A DNA stretch of 64,000 bases from Geosiphon pyriformis uo1 (Eukaryota > Fungi > Glomeromycota): the NCBI GenBank assembly GCA_016748015.1, contig JAAOMT010000366.1, positions 100,040 through 164,039 of the forward strand. The letters are read 5' to 3'. Positions 1-14,089 of this stretch are shown here, in pieces; position 1 is the first letter of the stretch; every line of letters starts with the position of its first letter. Both the position numbers and the translations under genes were made by a program. A model generated the notes under the pieces. It did not search any database, was not told the origin of the DNA, and worked only from the letters and a program-made list of their open reading frames with translations.

Positions 1-1028
1 AAGTATGATGCAACGTCGAAAATCAATGGCACCCCAGATGCTTATGGTCTAATCGGATCATCAACGGTTCCTATGCTCCGCTTGATGACAATCATTTCGA
101 AGTCATTTTCGGGTGGCGTTTTTTCGCTTCCAGAATTATAAGGGGCTGACATCATTCTCATTCCCAGAATCGATTTCATTGCCTTTATTCTCAGATTGTT
201 TTAATTTTTTTGGAATACACACGCATATCATTCACCTTTACATGCATTTGCATCTTACACTTATTGTACAACAGACTCTTAGTTAAAATATTCAATACTT
301 TCATTTCTGGTTAAACGTTTAACATAAAGAAAAAGTCATGCCGGGCGTGATTTTCATACCTCACCACCTTTTTAAATGTATAAATTTTTATATCATAGAC
401 TATAATCCTAGAGAAATTAGATAGGTTCTCATCATGATCATTATCTCATTATCTCATCATTCTCATCATAAACATCATCATCATGATCATTAGATAACTT
501 TCCCTGCCTGCTCGTTTGTTAGGTGGAAATTTTGAAAATTCAAAATGACTATCATCATGTTTGACGGTAGCCAAAAAAACATTAATCCCTAGAAAAAGTA
601 TCAAATAACCCGAAATTATTAGAGTTAATATAAATCTCATATAATATGATAAGCATACCCGTATCGATTCGAAATCATGCCCGAATATATTTCAGAAAGA
701 CTGGCGTTTCACAATTTATTTTTATTTTTCACTTTCACTTTCACTTTCACTTTCTCTTTCTCTTTCTCTTTTTGCCTAACCCCCATCTCCTGAATTCCGT
801 ATTACACCAAGTGTGAAACGATAGATAATGATGGCAGTAGCAATAGCAATAGCAGTATTTAGTTGTTGCTATTATTGGTAGTAGTAATACATTTTCGAAC
901 GCACACAAAATCGAGGACAATTTGACCACAACAATCCATAAATAATCCATTATCTTTCTGATTATGTTCTTTTCCAAAATAAGATTTGATTTAAAAAATT
1001 GTGCTGTGAAGCCGTTCTTTATTATTTT

Positions 1029-1032
1029 GTTA

Positions 1033-1071
<39 letters not shown>

Positions 1072-1089
1072 GTATTAGTATTATTATTA
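1029..1089. repeat. (TTA)n/(TAT)n microsatellite
   Basis: Trinucleotide run; explains the poly-Asn ORF 747..1094(-). Confidence 0.9.
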
Positions 1090-4076
1090 AACATAAAGCT
1101 TTTAAAAATATAGATTTATCACATATTTATCTTAGAAGTCATAAATTTAATTTTCAATTTTTTAATTAAGAACCAAGTTATAAAAAAAAACCAAGATTGT
1201 TGGGTATTTTTATCAAATATTTAATTTTAGTTTAGTTTAAGTTTTATAGATTTTGATGACAAATTTTTTTCTCTTAATTTGTAATATTATTATAAAAAAA
1301 TTTTTTTATTTATAATAATAATTGATAATAATAAACAATCTTAAAAAATGGTACCTTTTTGAATCCTCGGCTTATAATTTATGCATATTATATCTCGAGC
1401 TAAGGCTGTTTTTTTGCTGCTGCATAATAAAATAATTAATTTTACTGATATGGCGGATTTTTTTTATCTCATCAATTTGGCACATTCGTTATTTTTAAAA
1501 AATCCCTACGCCTGTTTGGGTTTTAAACAGTTAACTCATTATAGCAAACAATGAAATGGTTCCAAAAATCTCGACTACCACTAAAAAGGAATCTAGAAAC
1601 ATGTGTATAATAATATTTCACATGTCCATTATTAATATATAAATTTTTTTTCATGATATCACTTGGGTTTTCACAATATTATGGATACCCTATTAAAATG
1701 TTTAAATAAATCATGTTATCATTTTTTTTTGAATTTTGAATTTTGAATTTTGTGATAGGAAAAGACACCTGTAAAGACACCTGGATAGCCACGTAACCAT
1801 CTGGCAGCGTTTGTGCGGCAATGTGCAGAAATTAAAGCTCCTAATTTTCCGGGTCTGGGAATAATAGATAATAATGTTATACAAAAACAATTAGACTATC
1901 ACGTATCAAGTACAAGCTATTTTGACCATAATAGAAAGTAAACTATTGTTTTAGGAGAAGTTCGAAAGGCGCATATCGGTTGTGTGACAAAAAATTTAAA
2001 CATTCATGATAGGATGGAATGATGGTGAATATTTAATCAATGTAGTCTCTTTGTTCCTTTGAACATTGAATCCAAAAAGCTATTGTCACAAGCGTGTAAC
2101 TTTTTTGAAAAATGAATATTAATTGATGGAAAATAAAATTTTTTCATGAATTTGATACATTTGACAAAAGAGCTGTGATTGGTTTGTTACTCTAGGATAA
2201 AGTTTATGGTTTTGACAGTCTGACAAAAGTTGACACACCTGATAATTCGAACAACGCGAATACGAACGAGAGTTTTCATTTATACATTCATACATACATA
2301 CATATATACATATATACATATATTCATTCAATAATATTAAAAAAGAAAGAGTAAAAACTTTTTTCAATTGTGAAAAATGAAAAATATTTTTTTATTAATA
2401 AAGAATAAGAAAGTGATCATATTGTTCTAAAGTCAAAAAGATTATTTAGTTACATTAAGGTTACAAATATAAATGTAGAACTTTTAGGAAAACTATTAAT
2501 ATTCAAATGTTTCTAAGTAATTACTTCTATTTCAAGATTAATAATGTTTAAATCTAGATTATAAATTAAAAAGAATATCTTTAAATGAAAACAACAACAA
2601 AATTTCTAAACTTTTTTTTTTCATTTAATCAAAAATATTCTGTGATCATTAAAGTTATGAAATTGATTACATGAAACTGTTTTTAAAACTTAAAATACAA
2701 TAGGTCTTGAACTTTCATTGTTATGAATAAAGACAGATTAGACATTCCAAAATAAAATCTTTGATCTCAAAGAAGAAAGATGATGAAAAAAAAAAAGAAA
2801 AAGATTTCCTTGATGATAAATTCTTATGCAGATGAAAACATGTGGGTGCATTGGACTTAAATAAAAAATATGAATTTAGAAGGGAAAATTTGTTTGCTTA
2901 ATTGTCGCATACGTAGAAATTTAGAAAAAATTCACCAATACTTTGTAGAATAAATTTTACTAGTCTCCCCAAAATTAATCAGACTTTATTTGCACGAATC
3001 TTGGAAATTATTTATGGTATCAATTTATTATTTTATCATTAAAAATAAAAATAAACTCAAGTTTCCCGCCCATTTACCGTACTACCATCCAAACCTCAAG
3101 AGACCGAGAAAAATTGTTCTATGCTAAATTCTCTCACTTATCAGTTATAAATTATGCAAACTGATGCAGAAAATCAGCAGGTGATAATTTTGTTTTTGCG
3201 CCATTAATTGGTATGTTCAAAAAATTATTAGGAATCTTAATGGAAGAAATCGATGTTATTAATGTTGAACGGGGTAGATTGCAGATGATTGAAAGTCTAA
3301 TAAAGAAGCTGGAAACAATGCAATGAGTCGTGATTCCCGCTTTTTCGACTACTATATATCAATTGTTACCATAACAGTCTATTATTACACAGCTTAGGCA
3401 AATTTTTATTGATTGATAATGATAAAAAACGATATAGCCGATTTTCAATGTTAATCGAGTTAACTATTCAGTTTCAGATTGTTGTTTTGGGCGTTTTTTT
3501 TTTTTAAAAATGACGCAAAAAAGCATTTTTTTCTAAATTAGAAGTTCGGAATTGGATTTCCTTTCGGGAACTGTATTTATATTAGAATTTGTAATTATGC
3601 TGCGAGTAAAGGGACTCTAGAGAATATGCGTTTGATTCTAGGGAGGGAAAAGCATCAAGCTTGAGAGATATCATGTATCATAGTAATTTTATTAGAGATT
3701 CATTGATAAACAATCTACCCCTGCTTGTTGGTGATGCCTCCGGAATCTCCCATTCCATTCATACTCGGTGAACTGCGCTTTTTACCATAAAACATTATTT
3801 TACAAGTTTATCTTATGCAATAGATAAAATGTACGCCCTAGTTGAGTTTCACAATGTAGTGATTTCTAATGATGATGATGATGATAATTTCAATGAGATG
3901 TCCTGCTAAAAAATTCGGTTAGTATCCTGGACGTTGAGACTGGAGAAATTTTTTTTTACTTTTGTGGCTTTATTTATCAAAGAATGCTGCAATCAGGTTA
4001 AAAAGATAATTCTATGCAAAGTATTACAGCCGTACTAGATTTATATTGAAGGAAATTTGACTATTTAGATGATTGG

Positions 4077-4116
<40 letters not shown>
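4077..4116 (+). repeat. 40-nt poly(A) tract
   Basis: Uninterrupted A40; no LINE 3'-UTR recognisable upstream. Confidence 0.95.
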
Positions 4117-4118
<2 letters not shown>

Positions 4119-6693
4119 TTTTCTTTAGCCAATAGATTTTCCCAATTAGTCTTAAATGAGCATGATTATAGTTGACATCTCTATTAAAAAGGATCATGAT
4201 GCGCTCGTTTTATGACGAATCACCAGCTGCCGAATCATGTAGGCTACATTCATCATTTTATATATGCATCACAGCAACTCCGCGTCATAATTAATACATG
4301 TATCAGACAAAGAGATTCCGAGTCAGTCCCACATGATTCTATGCTGAAAAAGATATCAAGAACCAAATCTAATTATTGTTAGTAAAATGATGATCAGGCA
4401 GCAGATAAATATAAAAAAGTGTGGGGTAAATCGACGGTTTTAGTGTAGGGGTAACCATAATCAGTTCTATTTTTTTTTATTTTTTTTTATTTTGAAATGA
4501 GCGATATTTAAGATGGGGCGTATGATTTATAAATTAAATCTCACAGCGGAATGTACCCCGCATTTTTTGGTCAATATTGTTTGCTGGTACATGATCACTG
4601 CATAAAAAACCTGATTCAAATGAAGATTAGATAAAAACGCCAACTATCGTGAGAAAAAGTAGTTGAAATTTTTTTTTTACTTAAACTGGGGAGTACTATA
4701 ATTATCTTTGAGAATCTAGGAAAAGTGAAAATGAGTGTAGGACGACAAATTAAATATCGTTTCCACTTTCTATCCCCCCACTAAAAGGTCAATTGAATAC
4801 GCATAGATATTATAATTTGGTATTAGTGCATGTAAAACTCTAAGATATTTATTAAAAGTTGTGTTGATGAAATATGAGGTTGATATATCATTGTATAGAA
4901 GGTATCTAAAAAAAAATTTAAATGTATATAAATCCTCATACATAATCTTTTTTCATTAAAACACCCCCACTTAGCATATGCCAAGAAAAATTCAATTTCG
5001 TTTTTTAAACTTTAATAATTATATGCTTCCTAAAATATACACTTTTGATTCAAACCTGAACTTATTAAGATCTTAGATCATGGGCTCTTTTTTAAGAAAA
5101 GATAGAACAACTAAAACATAAACTTGAAAAAATCATCATCCATTTTTTGAAAACAGTTGAATTGTGTTGATTTAAAGTTTTTTTTTAATTTAACAGATAA
5201 AATAAATAAAAAATTAATTAAGCTTAAAAAAATGAAAAATTAATAGATTTTTTATTAAGAGATCTTTGTGTTTTTAATATATATAGCTTTATCTGGATTT
5301 CCACCTCTTTGTATGCTCACACAATCACAATTTTATGCCTCTTCCATTTAAGACCTTTCTATTAGAATCCTAAATTTAGGCACACCAGTCATGCTTGCAT
5401 ATTTTAAATGTTGGTGGAAGATTTTAGGCAAATTTAATTCTACTCATATTTAATTGACTAAATGTTACAACGATAAGTTTTGATTTTAAGATTGTAGCTT
5501 TCATAAATTCAGTCGCTTTCAAGAAGACGGTATATATGAAAGCAAATAAATATTTGAACTTGAAAACATTTATCTTTTTCTTACCACTGCGCCGTCAATA
5601 TCTGACAAAAGAATCTTATATCATCTAATTTCAATGATTTAATTCATTACACTAAAAGTTCCTGTTGATATGATTTTTGAAAACCTGATTAAAGAAAGAA
5701 ATTTATGTTTAAATATTTTACCGAAAACATTTTCATTAAGGTGATTATTAAAAAAGCTACTTCTGAGAATATTCAAGGACTATTTAAATTTTAAAGCTAT
5801 TATGGTCTTTCAAAGATGATGAATTCTTGATGCTTTAATAAGATTCATTGACTTGAAATATTTGTTTTTTTTTTCTCTGATAAAATAAAGTTTCACCATT
5901 TCAAGTAAACACAGATGTTTGGATATTTTCAAGTTTTGCTCGGTATCCCTTTCTAATATTCTCTCTGCATTTATTTCTTGCAAATCCAATATATAAGGAT
6001 CAAATATCATAATCAAAATATTTTGTGCCTAGGGTCTAAATGAATAATCCTTCAAAGAAAAGCTGCATTTCTTAGTGATTATAAGCACTCTTTACAAGAT
6101 TAAACCAACAATAGTCTCATTAAGACCACACCCGTGTATTTCATCAAACGGTTAACTTGAAAGTGAGTATTAAATTCCAAGCGAAGAGTAATATAATTGT
6201 GTTTAAAGAATCGCCTCTAATTTTCATCAGCTTACGGTGAGTACATAGAGATATTAAATTAAAAATTGTATTTCAACTCCAAGATCAATCTTTGCACATA
6301 ATGTGTATTGGGCTCGACAAAAGCTTTCAGCTTATCGAGATGTTCGTAAAGAGAGGAATGACAACTTTCTGGCACAATGGGAAATCCCCAGAAATATCTT
6401 TGATGCTGGCCCAACCCAAAGATTTATACACGCTAATATTATATGCAATTATATCCTCAAATTGTAAATATAAAGGCGAAGGATGTTTAAGAAAACATAT
6501 TCTATTTTTTTCATTATATTTTCAACCAAAAGAATCACAAATCGAATATACGAATTTAGTTTAGTATTTAACAAAAGAATCAACTGCGTTTAGATTTGCT
6601 GTACCCCCCATAAGTCGGAGAACTCTCACTAGATTCTTCTTTCTCGCACAAAATACTTAAATTGCGATAGCCTCTTTGTAGCATTTGAAAAAT

Positions 6694-8263
6694 ATGTCTT
6701 CAACTTCATTAATTGGAAATCCCATTTCACCTTTCGACTGGCTTGAAAAATCAATTCAAGAGGGAAATATTAAACTTTTTAAGTATGACGAATTTCATAG
6801 CATTCAGAGAATTGGACAGGGTGGATTTGGAGAGGTTTTCAGTACCAAGTTGAAAAGAGGCAGCAACGATATGCAATTCGCATTAAAATATTTAAAACAG
6901 TCCTCGAATAGTGATATATTTGAAATACAGGAATTTATTAAAGAAGTATGTATTCCATCTATATTAACGCTTTCAAAATTTAAAATCCTAATGAAAAAGA
7001 TTATGAAACTAACTTATTCTTTATAGATGCAGTTTTTCAGAACAGTCGGCTATTTTCCAAATATTATTCAGTTCTTTGGTGTCACAAGAAATTTAAGCCA
7101 AGGTAAAATTTTAAGATTTATTAAAGAATAAAAATTTGAATTATCATTTAAAATGGAAGGCTGGTTTTCAAGCCTATAATAGGTACTCTAAATAAATATA
7201 TGCTCGTCTTGGAATACGCAAATGGAGGAACTCTGCGTCAATATCTACAATCAAACATTTCTAACATGGATAGTACTGAGAAATTGCGACTTGCAAATGA
7301 AATGGCCAGTCGGATTACCTGTATCCATGCAGAAAATATTATTCACAGAGATCTTGTGAGTAAAATCTTTAGTTAATAGAGGCAATTTGTTTCTTCAATA
7401 CTAAACTCACAATATTCATTTATCTTTTTTAAACTATATTCACAAAAAAGAATTCTTTAAGCATCTTGATTCACAATAATTCGATAAAAATTTCGGATCT
7501 TGGACTTGCCAAAAATCTAAAAGATATAACTGGAGAATCTTCGAAGGTTTTTGGGCAAATTTTTTATATTGAGCCTCAGTGTCTACTCAATGATAAACAT
7601 ATTCGAAATGAAAAATTTGATATATAGCACTTGGCGTACTTTTATGGGAGTTATCAAGTGGACGCCCTCCATGTTTTAATATAGGGTCTATAGTATATGT
7701 AGGTCGAGAAACGCCAATTCAAAATACTCCTGCAAAGTATGTTAAACTTTACGCTGAATGTTGGGATAATTCACCCCAAGTTCGAAACAATAGATAATAG
7801 TTTTAGTAATTACACCACTATCAGCTTAAGTGGCATATCTATTATATCTAGTGAGGCTGGAAATTTAGATATACAGAAAAATCTTGAACAGTCTTATGAA
7901 AAGGAATTAAGAACAACGAAAAACCCAGAAAAAGCATTTGAGCTCTACTCAAAAGCAGCAGAAGCAGGAAATTCATTTGCACAGATCAATCTTGGGATTT
8001 GTTATTGCAATGGAATAGGAACAACGAAAAACTTTGAAAAAGCGTTTGAGCTCTACTCAAAAGCAGCAGAGACGGGTGACTTAAATGCACAGACCAATCT
8101 TGGGTTTTGTCATTACAATGGAACAGGAACAATGAAAAACTTTGAAAAAGCGTTTGAGCTCTACTCAAAAGCAGCAGAAGCAGGAAATTCATTTGCACAG
8201 AATATTTTGAATGGCTTTATGAAAATGAATCGGAAACAAAAAAAATCTTGTAATATTGTTTGA
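6694..8263 (+). pseudogene. TKL-type protein kinase + Sel1-like repeat gene, frameshifted
   Basis: Exons 6694-6945, 7027-7102, 7183-7355, 7451-; GT..AG introns. Motifs IGQGGFGEV, FALKYL, NIIQFFG, MLVLEYANGGTLR, IIHRDL|, ISDLGLAK, YIEPQ. In-frame TAG at 7625-7627 from a 1-nt loss (ALGVLLWELSSGRPP continues in another frame); second shift near 7785; then about three Sel1 repeats (KAFELYSKAAE.G). Confidence 0.85.
7913..8200 (+). repeat. 108-bp tandem repeats encoding Sel1 units
   Basis: TTTGAGCTCTACTCAAAAGCAGCAGA recurs at 108-bp period (units start ~7913, 8021, 8129). Confidence 0.9.
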
Positions 8264-11200
8264 ACCTTCATTTTAGCAGCATTAAATCTTTTTTCCCATT
8301 TCCAATATCAAATATCAAAATTGAATGTCAGCTCTATTTTTATCTACATTTATTTATAACAACACTCCTACACCTAACCAAAAAAAAATCAGTTTTTTTT
8401 ACCTTTTGCTCTAAAATTAAGCATATTCATATACTCTCTAGGATTAAGTAATCCTTTCTTAAAATTATCCACCAAAAAATGTGTATAGCAAAAAATACTA
8501 TATTTCGGTGCTGATTCATGGGGTAACTCTATCATCAAACACTAACACTAATAATTTTTCAAAAATATTTTATTTTTATAAATCTGCTGACTTTTCAATT
8601 CATTGTTGAGATTATTTTTAAATATCAACTTACAAAGCAAAAAATAAGTTTTAAAAAAAGACTTCATGCCTTATCCTTAAAACTTTTATTAATCGAAATA
8701 TCTTATTGTTGTAGGTTATGTTTAATTCTCTAAGAATAATCAATTAGATTTGCTCTGAGTGTATCAAGAATTAGAAGAGAAGGTGGATTGTAAAAGATTA
8801 TCTCTTGGTCTATCTATTTTAGAGTATTTTGTGTTCATCAAACCATTCTACCCATTGGTAAGAAAATCTTCAAAGAAGTTGTGTCTATATTAGATGTACT
8901 AATAAATTAAAAGAATAATCATTCGATCCATCAATATAAGAAAGATTTGTCTAAATATTTTGCTACCGCTGTGCAAGCTATGCTAACTAGAGATTTTTTA
9001 TGTCTTGTAAATTTTAAATTCAAAAGTTTGTGCAAGCAGTGATACCCTTAGTAAACACCAGAGTTTATAATCTAATTAAATCAGTTTTTTGAATTATAAA
9101 TACTTAGACGACTGGTCTTTATGAGACTTGGAACAACTTTAATTAACTTATCTTTTTTTTAGCCACTATCTTAAATATTTTGGTCCAATACTAAAGCTTC
9201 GCTAGTTTTGAAAAAGTTTTTATGTGTCAGTTACTAATCATAAGTATTTTTTTGATATCCTATTGCTTTGCAAAACATGCTTTCAGACCCATCTTTGAAG
9301 AATATTTGTCATATATAATATATTAATTATTTAAAAAGATTACTATATCTTCTTTGACCATGTTATTTTCTATGAACTTAATTTTTATCTTAAGTACCTG
9401 GGTACTCTAAAGAATATACTTTGTCAATGTCTTTCTCCATTCTTTTATAAATTATAAATTAACATTCAATTTCGTAAAGAGTTCAAAATAATAAATAAAG
9501 AATAGTTCATCTTATATTAAATGGCTTTAAAAATTCCGCCAAGATCGAAATCAAGGACATATAATTCAATATCATTTATAGAATATAAACAGAAAACTCG
9601 GAGATTAAAAATACTTGATTTTTATTTTTTTAAACTCTTATACTGTTTGGAGTACATGTAGTTTGTGAAAAAAGGATATGGTCTTAAATGTATATTTTAT
9701 GATATTTGTAAATCGCAAAAACGAAATTTGGCTTATTCCACAAAATTGTTAACCTAAATCCTAAAAACTAAGGAATCTGTCTTTATCTTAGACAAATGCT
9801 TTTCAATATTTATCTTAACTACTATTGTTTCTCATTTTCATATCGTGTTAGAAGTTTTTGAATAGTTACTATATATTGAAAAGTATAAGTTTTTTGCATA
9901 ACTATTTAGGTTTTCCTAAAGTAATTAGTCTTTTAAGGTTTTAGACAATATTTAACAAAAATTAAAAATATTTAAAAATTTAGATATCTTCAACTTTTGG
10001 CTTTACGAATTGCTATAAAATTTTTAAACAAGATTAAACACATAATATGAATTTCGGTTTGAAGGTCAAGAAATTTTTGTTTGAATTTATTAAACATTGC
10101 CTGAAATCTCCACATTTAGCCTGTTAAAAGTATAATTATTTCTATAATTTTTGGAAAGAAATTGTGACGTAAATTTCATTGATTGAAGATAGGCCACTTG
10201 AAGAGATACATTGACTAATAATAATAACATCTAATTGAAAAAGAAGTATTTATTTTATCCTATTTAATGCTAAAGTATATTAATTGAATAAACACAAAAT
10301 CCTTTTTATTGGTTAATCTTTAACAGAATATCTATAAGAAAGTTCTACAAAGGACTTCTTCTATATTTAATATCAAAAATACTAATAATTGAATCTGAAT
10401 ATCTTTATTGAATTTTGAAACTAGTTCTAAATTAAAATTCATATTAAAATTAGAAAATTAGAAAATTAATAATTCATTTGCTCCTTTGAGTTTCAATAAG
10501 TATTTCAGCTTCAAGATATTTATGCACACTTGAAAAATTGATATCGGCCTCATTTAGATAACTTATGCGATAAAGTAAGGTATTTTATTTACTCCCAAGT
10601 CAGCAAATTAAAATTTCTTCGCTTTAGAAATAATTAATATTGTGTTTAGGTTTACTTAATTCTGACTGAATAAATTCAATCAAGAATTTTTATATTTTCA
10701 AATGAAGATTTCTCTAGTTTTAAAATTTTATGCAAGTTTAAAAGTTTTTGGTTTCAAGACGAAAAAATAACAAATGAAATTGCTAGAAGTTCTCGATTTG
10801 GTTGAATATTTGCTATGCTTCTTTGTTGATTTGAAGCCGTTGAATAGATTTTAGCATAACTGTATTATATTATCTGTGGACAGTATAATTATTATTTGTA
10901 AAAAGCTAAACGCTTTAAAGACTATTTCCCAATTTATTATAAAAAAAGTTATTCCTATGAAGTTTCATGTATTAAATTGACTAAAGATAACATCTTTAAA
11001 TAATCAAATATAGTTCAATCGCACATAATAGAACTTTTAGTTTTAGCTGTTTCATCATAAAATGATCGCAAGTAAGAATATGATTTCTTAAAATAATTAT
11101 ACTTAAAATCCACAAACAAAATAAAAATTATATTAAATATATATTTGCATTTCTAAAATTTCTTTTAACATATTTGCTTTTAAAATGTTGATTAATGTCT

Positions 11201-11492
11201 TAGGTGAGTTTATATATCTAATATTCCTTTTAATTTCTTTCTAATATTTTAAATCAGAAAAAAATGATAAACAATTGGTTTTTTGAATATAAAATGGAAA
11301 TTATTTATTAAATTAACAAATTTTACAAAAATCTTTTAAAACAAACAAATTTATGTTCAAGTTATATATAATTCTTAAAGACCTTTTTCTTGAATGAAAA
11401 ATAAATGTTTAAGACAAATAATATCTCTAGGCTAATATTATAATTAAATTTGAAAGAGATAGGTTGAAGTTTCATTCTTTATACAACTAATG

Positions 11493-12776
11493 CAGTCTGG
11501 TAAGAAAAAAATTGGGAGAAATATGAATCTACTAAGATTGCGTTTGGTTTAACCATTTTTGGTAAGTTTTGTGACGGTAAAAATGGAAACAGAATATTAG
11601 GTAAGTGGCTGAGCTCTAAAAACATTTTCCCGCGTATTAACTAATAGTTTTTTTAAAAACTTGTCTTTGAAATGCCGACTTCAAAGCAAGAAACGCAACG
11701 GCAAGTCGTATTACATTATTGGAAGCAAGGAATACAAAAGGCAAAAGAAATACAGAATAAAACGAATATACCCCTTTCTAAAATCTATAATATCCTCAAA
11801 AAACTCAAAAAAAAGGAACCATAAAGCATGCGAGTGGTAATGGTCGGCCAAGAAAGATTACGGGAAATTCTTCCAAAATATTAGGGCAAATTATTCGTAG
11901 AAATTCCTCAGTTTCGTCTGGATATTTAGCAATAAAGTTGGCTAAGAAGGGAATAAATGTTTTTCATGTTACTATTCAAAACCATTTATCCAACCTTAAT
12001 TATAAAAAAATTTTTCCTAGAGCAACTCCAATGCTGACCGAAGAGCATAAGCGAAAACGTGTATAATGGGCCAAAAAACACCTGAACGACGATTGGAAAA
12101 GAACAGTTTTTACTGACGAAACATCTTTTAAACTTTTTCAAAACACGGTAAAACGTTGGCTTAAAGGTACTCGACCAATTCGTCCTATGCCTAAAGATCG
12201 AACAAAAATTCTCGCGTGGGGTAGGGGGGTTTCTACGAAAAAGGAAAGACTAGTTTATTCTGTTTTGTTCAAATAATGAATACTCAATTTTATATAGATA
12301 TTCTTCATACTACTTACCTGAAATTAAGGCAATGCTGGGGGATAATTAACAATTCCAACAAGATAATGACCCTAAGCATACTAGCAAGCTTGCCAAAGAG
12401 TTTATTGCTGAGAATACAACTGATTTTTTGGGGTGGCCATCTAATAGTCCCGACTTAAACCCAATAGAAAACCTATGGGTTATTGTTAAAAAGAATTTAA
12501 AAAAAAGAATGCCTCAAAATCGTAGTGAATTAGAGAGATTTATGGGGGAAGAGTGGCAAGATATTCCTGAATCTACCTTAATTGGTTTAGTAGAATCAAT
12601 GAGGCGGCGTTGTGAAATGATAATTGAGACAAATGGTGAAAGAATTTCCTATTAATTTTTTTTAAGAAAATTATATGGTATTTGACTTTCTAATAAAAGT
12701 TGTTTTATGTAATTTGGTACATTAGTTAAGACATAGTAATTATTTTTAAATTTCCAATTTTTTTCTTACCAGACTG
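11493..12776 (+). mobile_element. Tc1-family (DD34E) DNA transposon, full length, non-functional
   Basis: Perfect 23-bp TIRs CAGTCTGGTAAGAAAAAAATTGG (11493-11515 / 12754-12776); TA on the right flank, TG on the left; 1284 bp. Confidence 0.93.
11672..12655 (+). pseudogene. Tc1 transposase with frameshifts and stops
   Basis: MPTSKQ.. start, GRPRK, VFTDET, QQDNDPKH, WPSNSPDLNPIENLW; 34 residues between second D and E. Confidence 0.9.
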
Positions 12777-14089
12777 TATATTAATCAATTTTTTACAGTT
12801 AATATTCAAATAAAATAATTATTAATTAGAATCAGCCTTAAAAACTTTTTAGGTTAAACAAAAGATTACAATTTTATAATGTTTAGAACAAAAATTAATT
12901 TTAAGAAATTCTAAAATATTTTATTATCGATAGTTGTCCAATAATCTGTAATGTTCAAAATTGCTTGCAGATAAAATTTCTAAATTTTTACTCCAAGTTT
13001 TCAAATGTTAAAAAAAAAGTTCAAATAAAAAATAACTCTTTAAATTTAGAATTTCGATGAAATGCGGTCTTATAACATTACAGATTAAATTTTGATTGAT
13101 TGCTTTAGATCAAACAGTATGACATGTAGTCTGTGGAATATATCATGAATTTTTTTCAAAAAAAAAGCATATGTTCTGATTTAATCTTAAAAATTATTAT
13201 AGTTAAAAGAGCACGCATTTTTCGAGACCAAAAATGTTTTTTCGCTGGAAATAGGGTCATTGAGCCGAATATATGTAAAAGGGAAAAGCCAATGACACTA
13301 CTTATCATCAAAATAAGAGGCAAAAAATTTGAATTTGGATGTTTAATTTAGTTTAGAAAAGGTTGCCTAAAAAAAATTGTCTTATTCTTTTAGTCTAATA
13401 TTTAATTAAGTGATTGTAAAAATCGGATATGTCAAAAATTTGAATATATTTATTTCACAAAAATTCGCTCTTATATCCTTTTATAATTAGCTATTCTATT
13501 TTAATTAGCAAAAATTTGTTTCATCCTCCTATTGAATCTATATATCTTACAAAAATGAGTAAGAATTTGGGACTCACATCCAAAAACATGATTAAAGCTG
13601 ATGATCAATTGATTTCACATAACTTGAAAAAACAATAGACTTTTTAGATTCTTTAGTATATATAACTTTAAGGATAATTCCAATTATTCTTATATAAGGG
13701 AAGCTTTTGTATTTATATAAACCCCTCTTGAAAGCATAAATTTTGAAGATATATACTCAAGATATTAAAATTCAATTTCCAATGGAGTTCTTAAATCTTC
13801 GATTAGAAACTGCCGAAATTTTCAATCAAAAATCATTAGGATCAAGAATTATCGTTAATTTTTGCCTCTTGAAAAGGATATGGTATCGTAACATTGAAAT
13901 ATGCATGTACAAAGTTGGATTTTTTTATGTCCAATCTGTCCTATATAACTTGCAAATAAGATAAAACTTTTCATAGTTACGGCCAAAACTTTCTCTGGCT
14001 AATATAAAAACATGGCGTCAGGTTTATTATTCAACATCTAAATAAAAGTTTTCAATGCTAGCTATCTACATGTATATAATATTGCAACG

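Noticed and set aside
1-180. Open frames at the window start (46 codons on +, 45-aa ORF on -)
   Set aside because: Coding-like and CpG-rich, but too short and edge-truncated to assign strand or product.
449-1094. ORFs 449..640 and 747..1094
   Set aside because: Produced by CAT, TTA and TTTCAC-type simple repeats.
3150-3330. Short ORF MFKKLLGILMEEIDVINVERGRLQMIESLIKKLETMQ
   Set aside because: 37 aa with no recognisable domain or splice support.
7913-8200. Regular repeats as a possible CRISPR array
   Set aside because: In-frame 108-bp Sel1 coding repeats in a eukaryotic gene; no unique spacers or cas genes.
10780-10950. Possible kinase relic on the minus strand (AFL..N.TVHR-like); similar hint at 13900-14005
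   Set aside because: Single weak motifs with no supporting subdomains.
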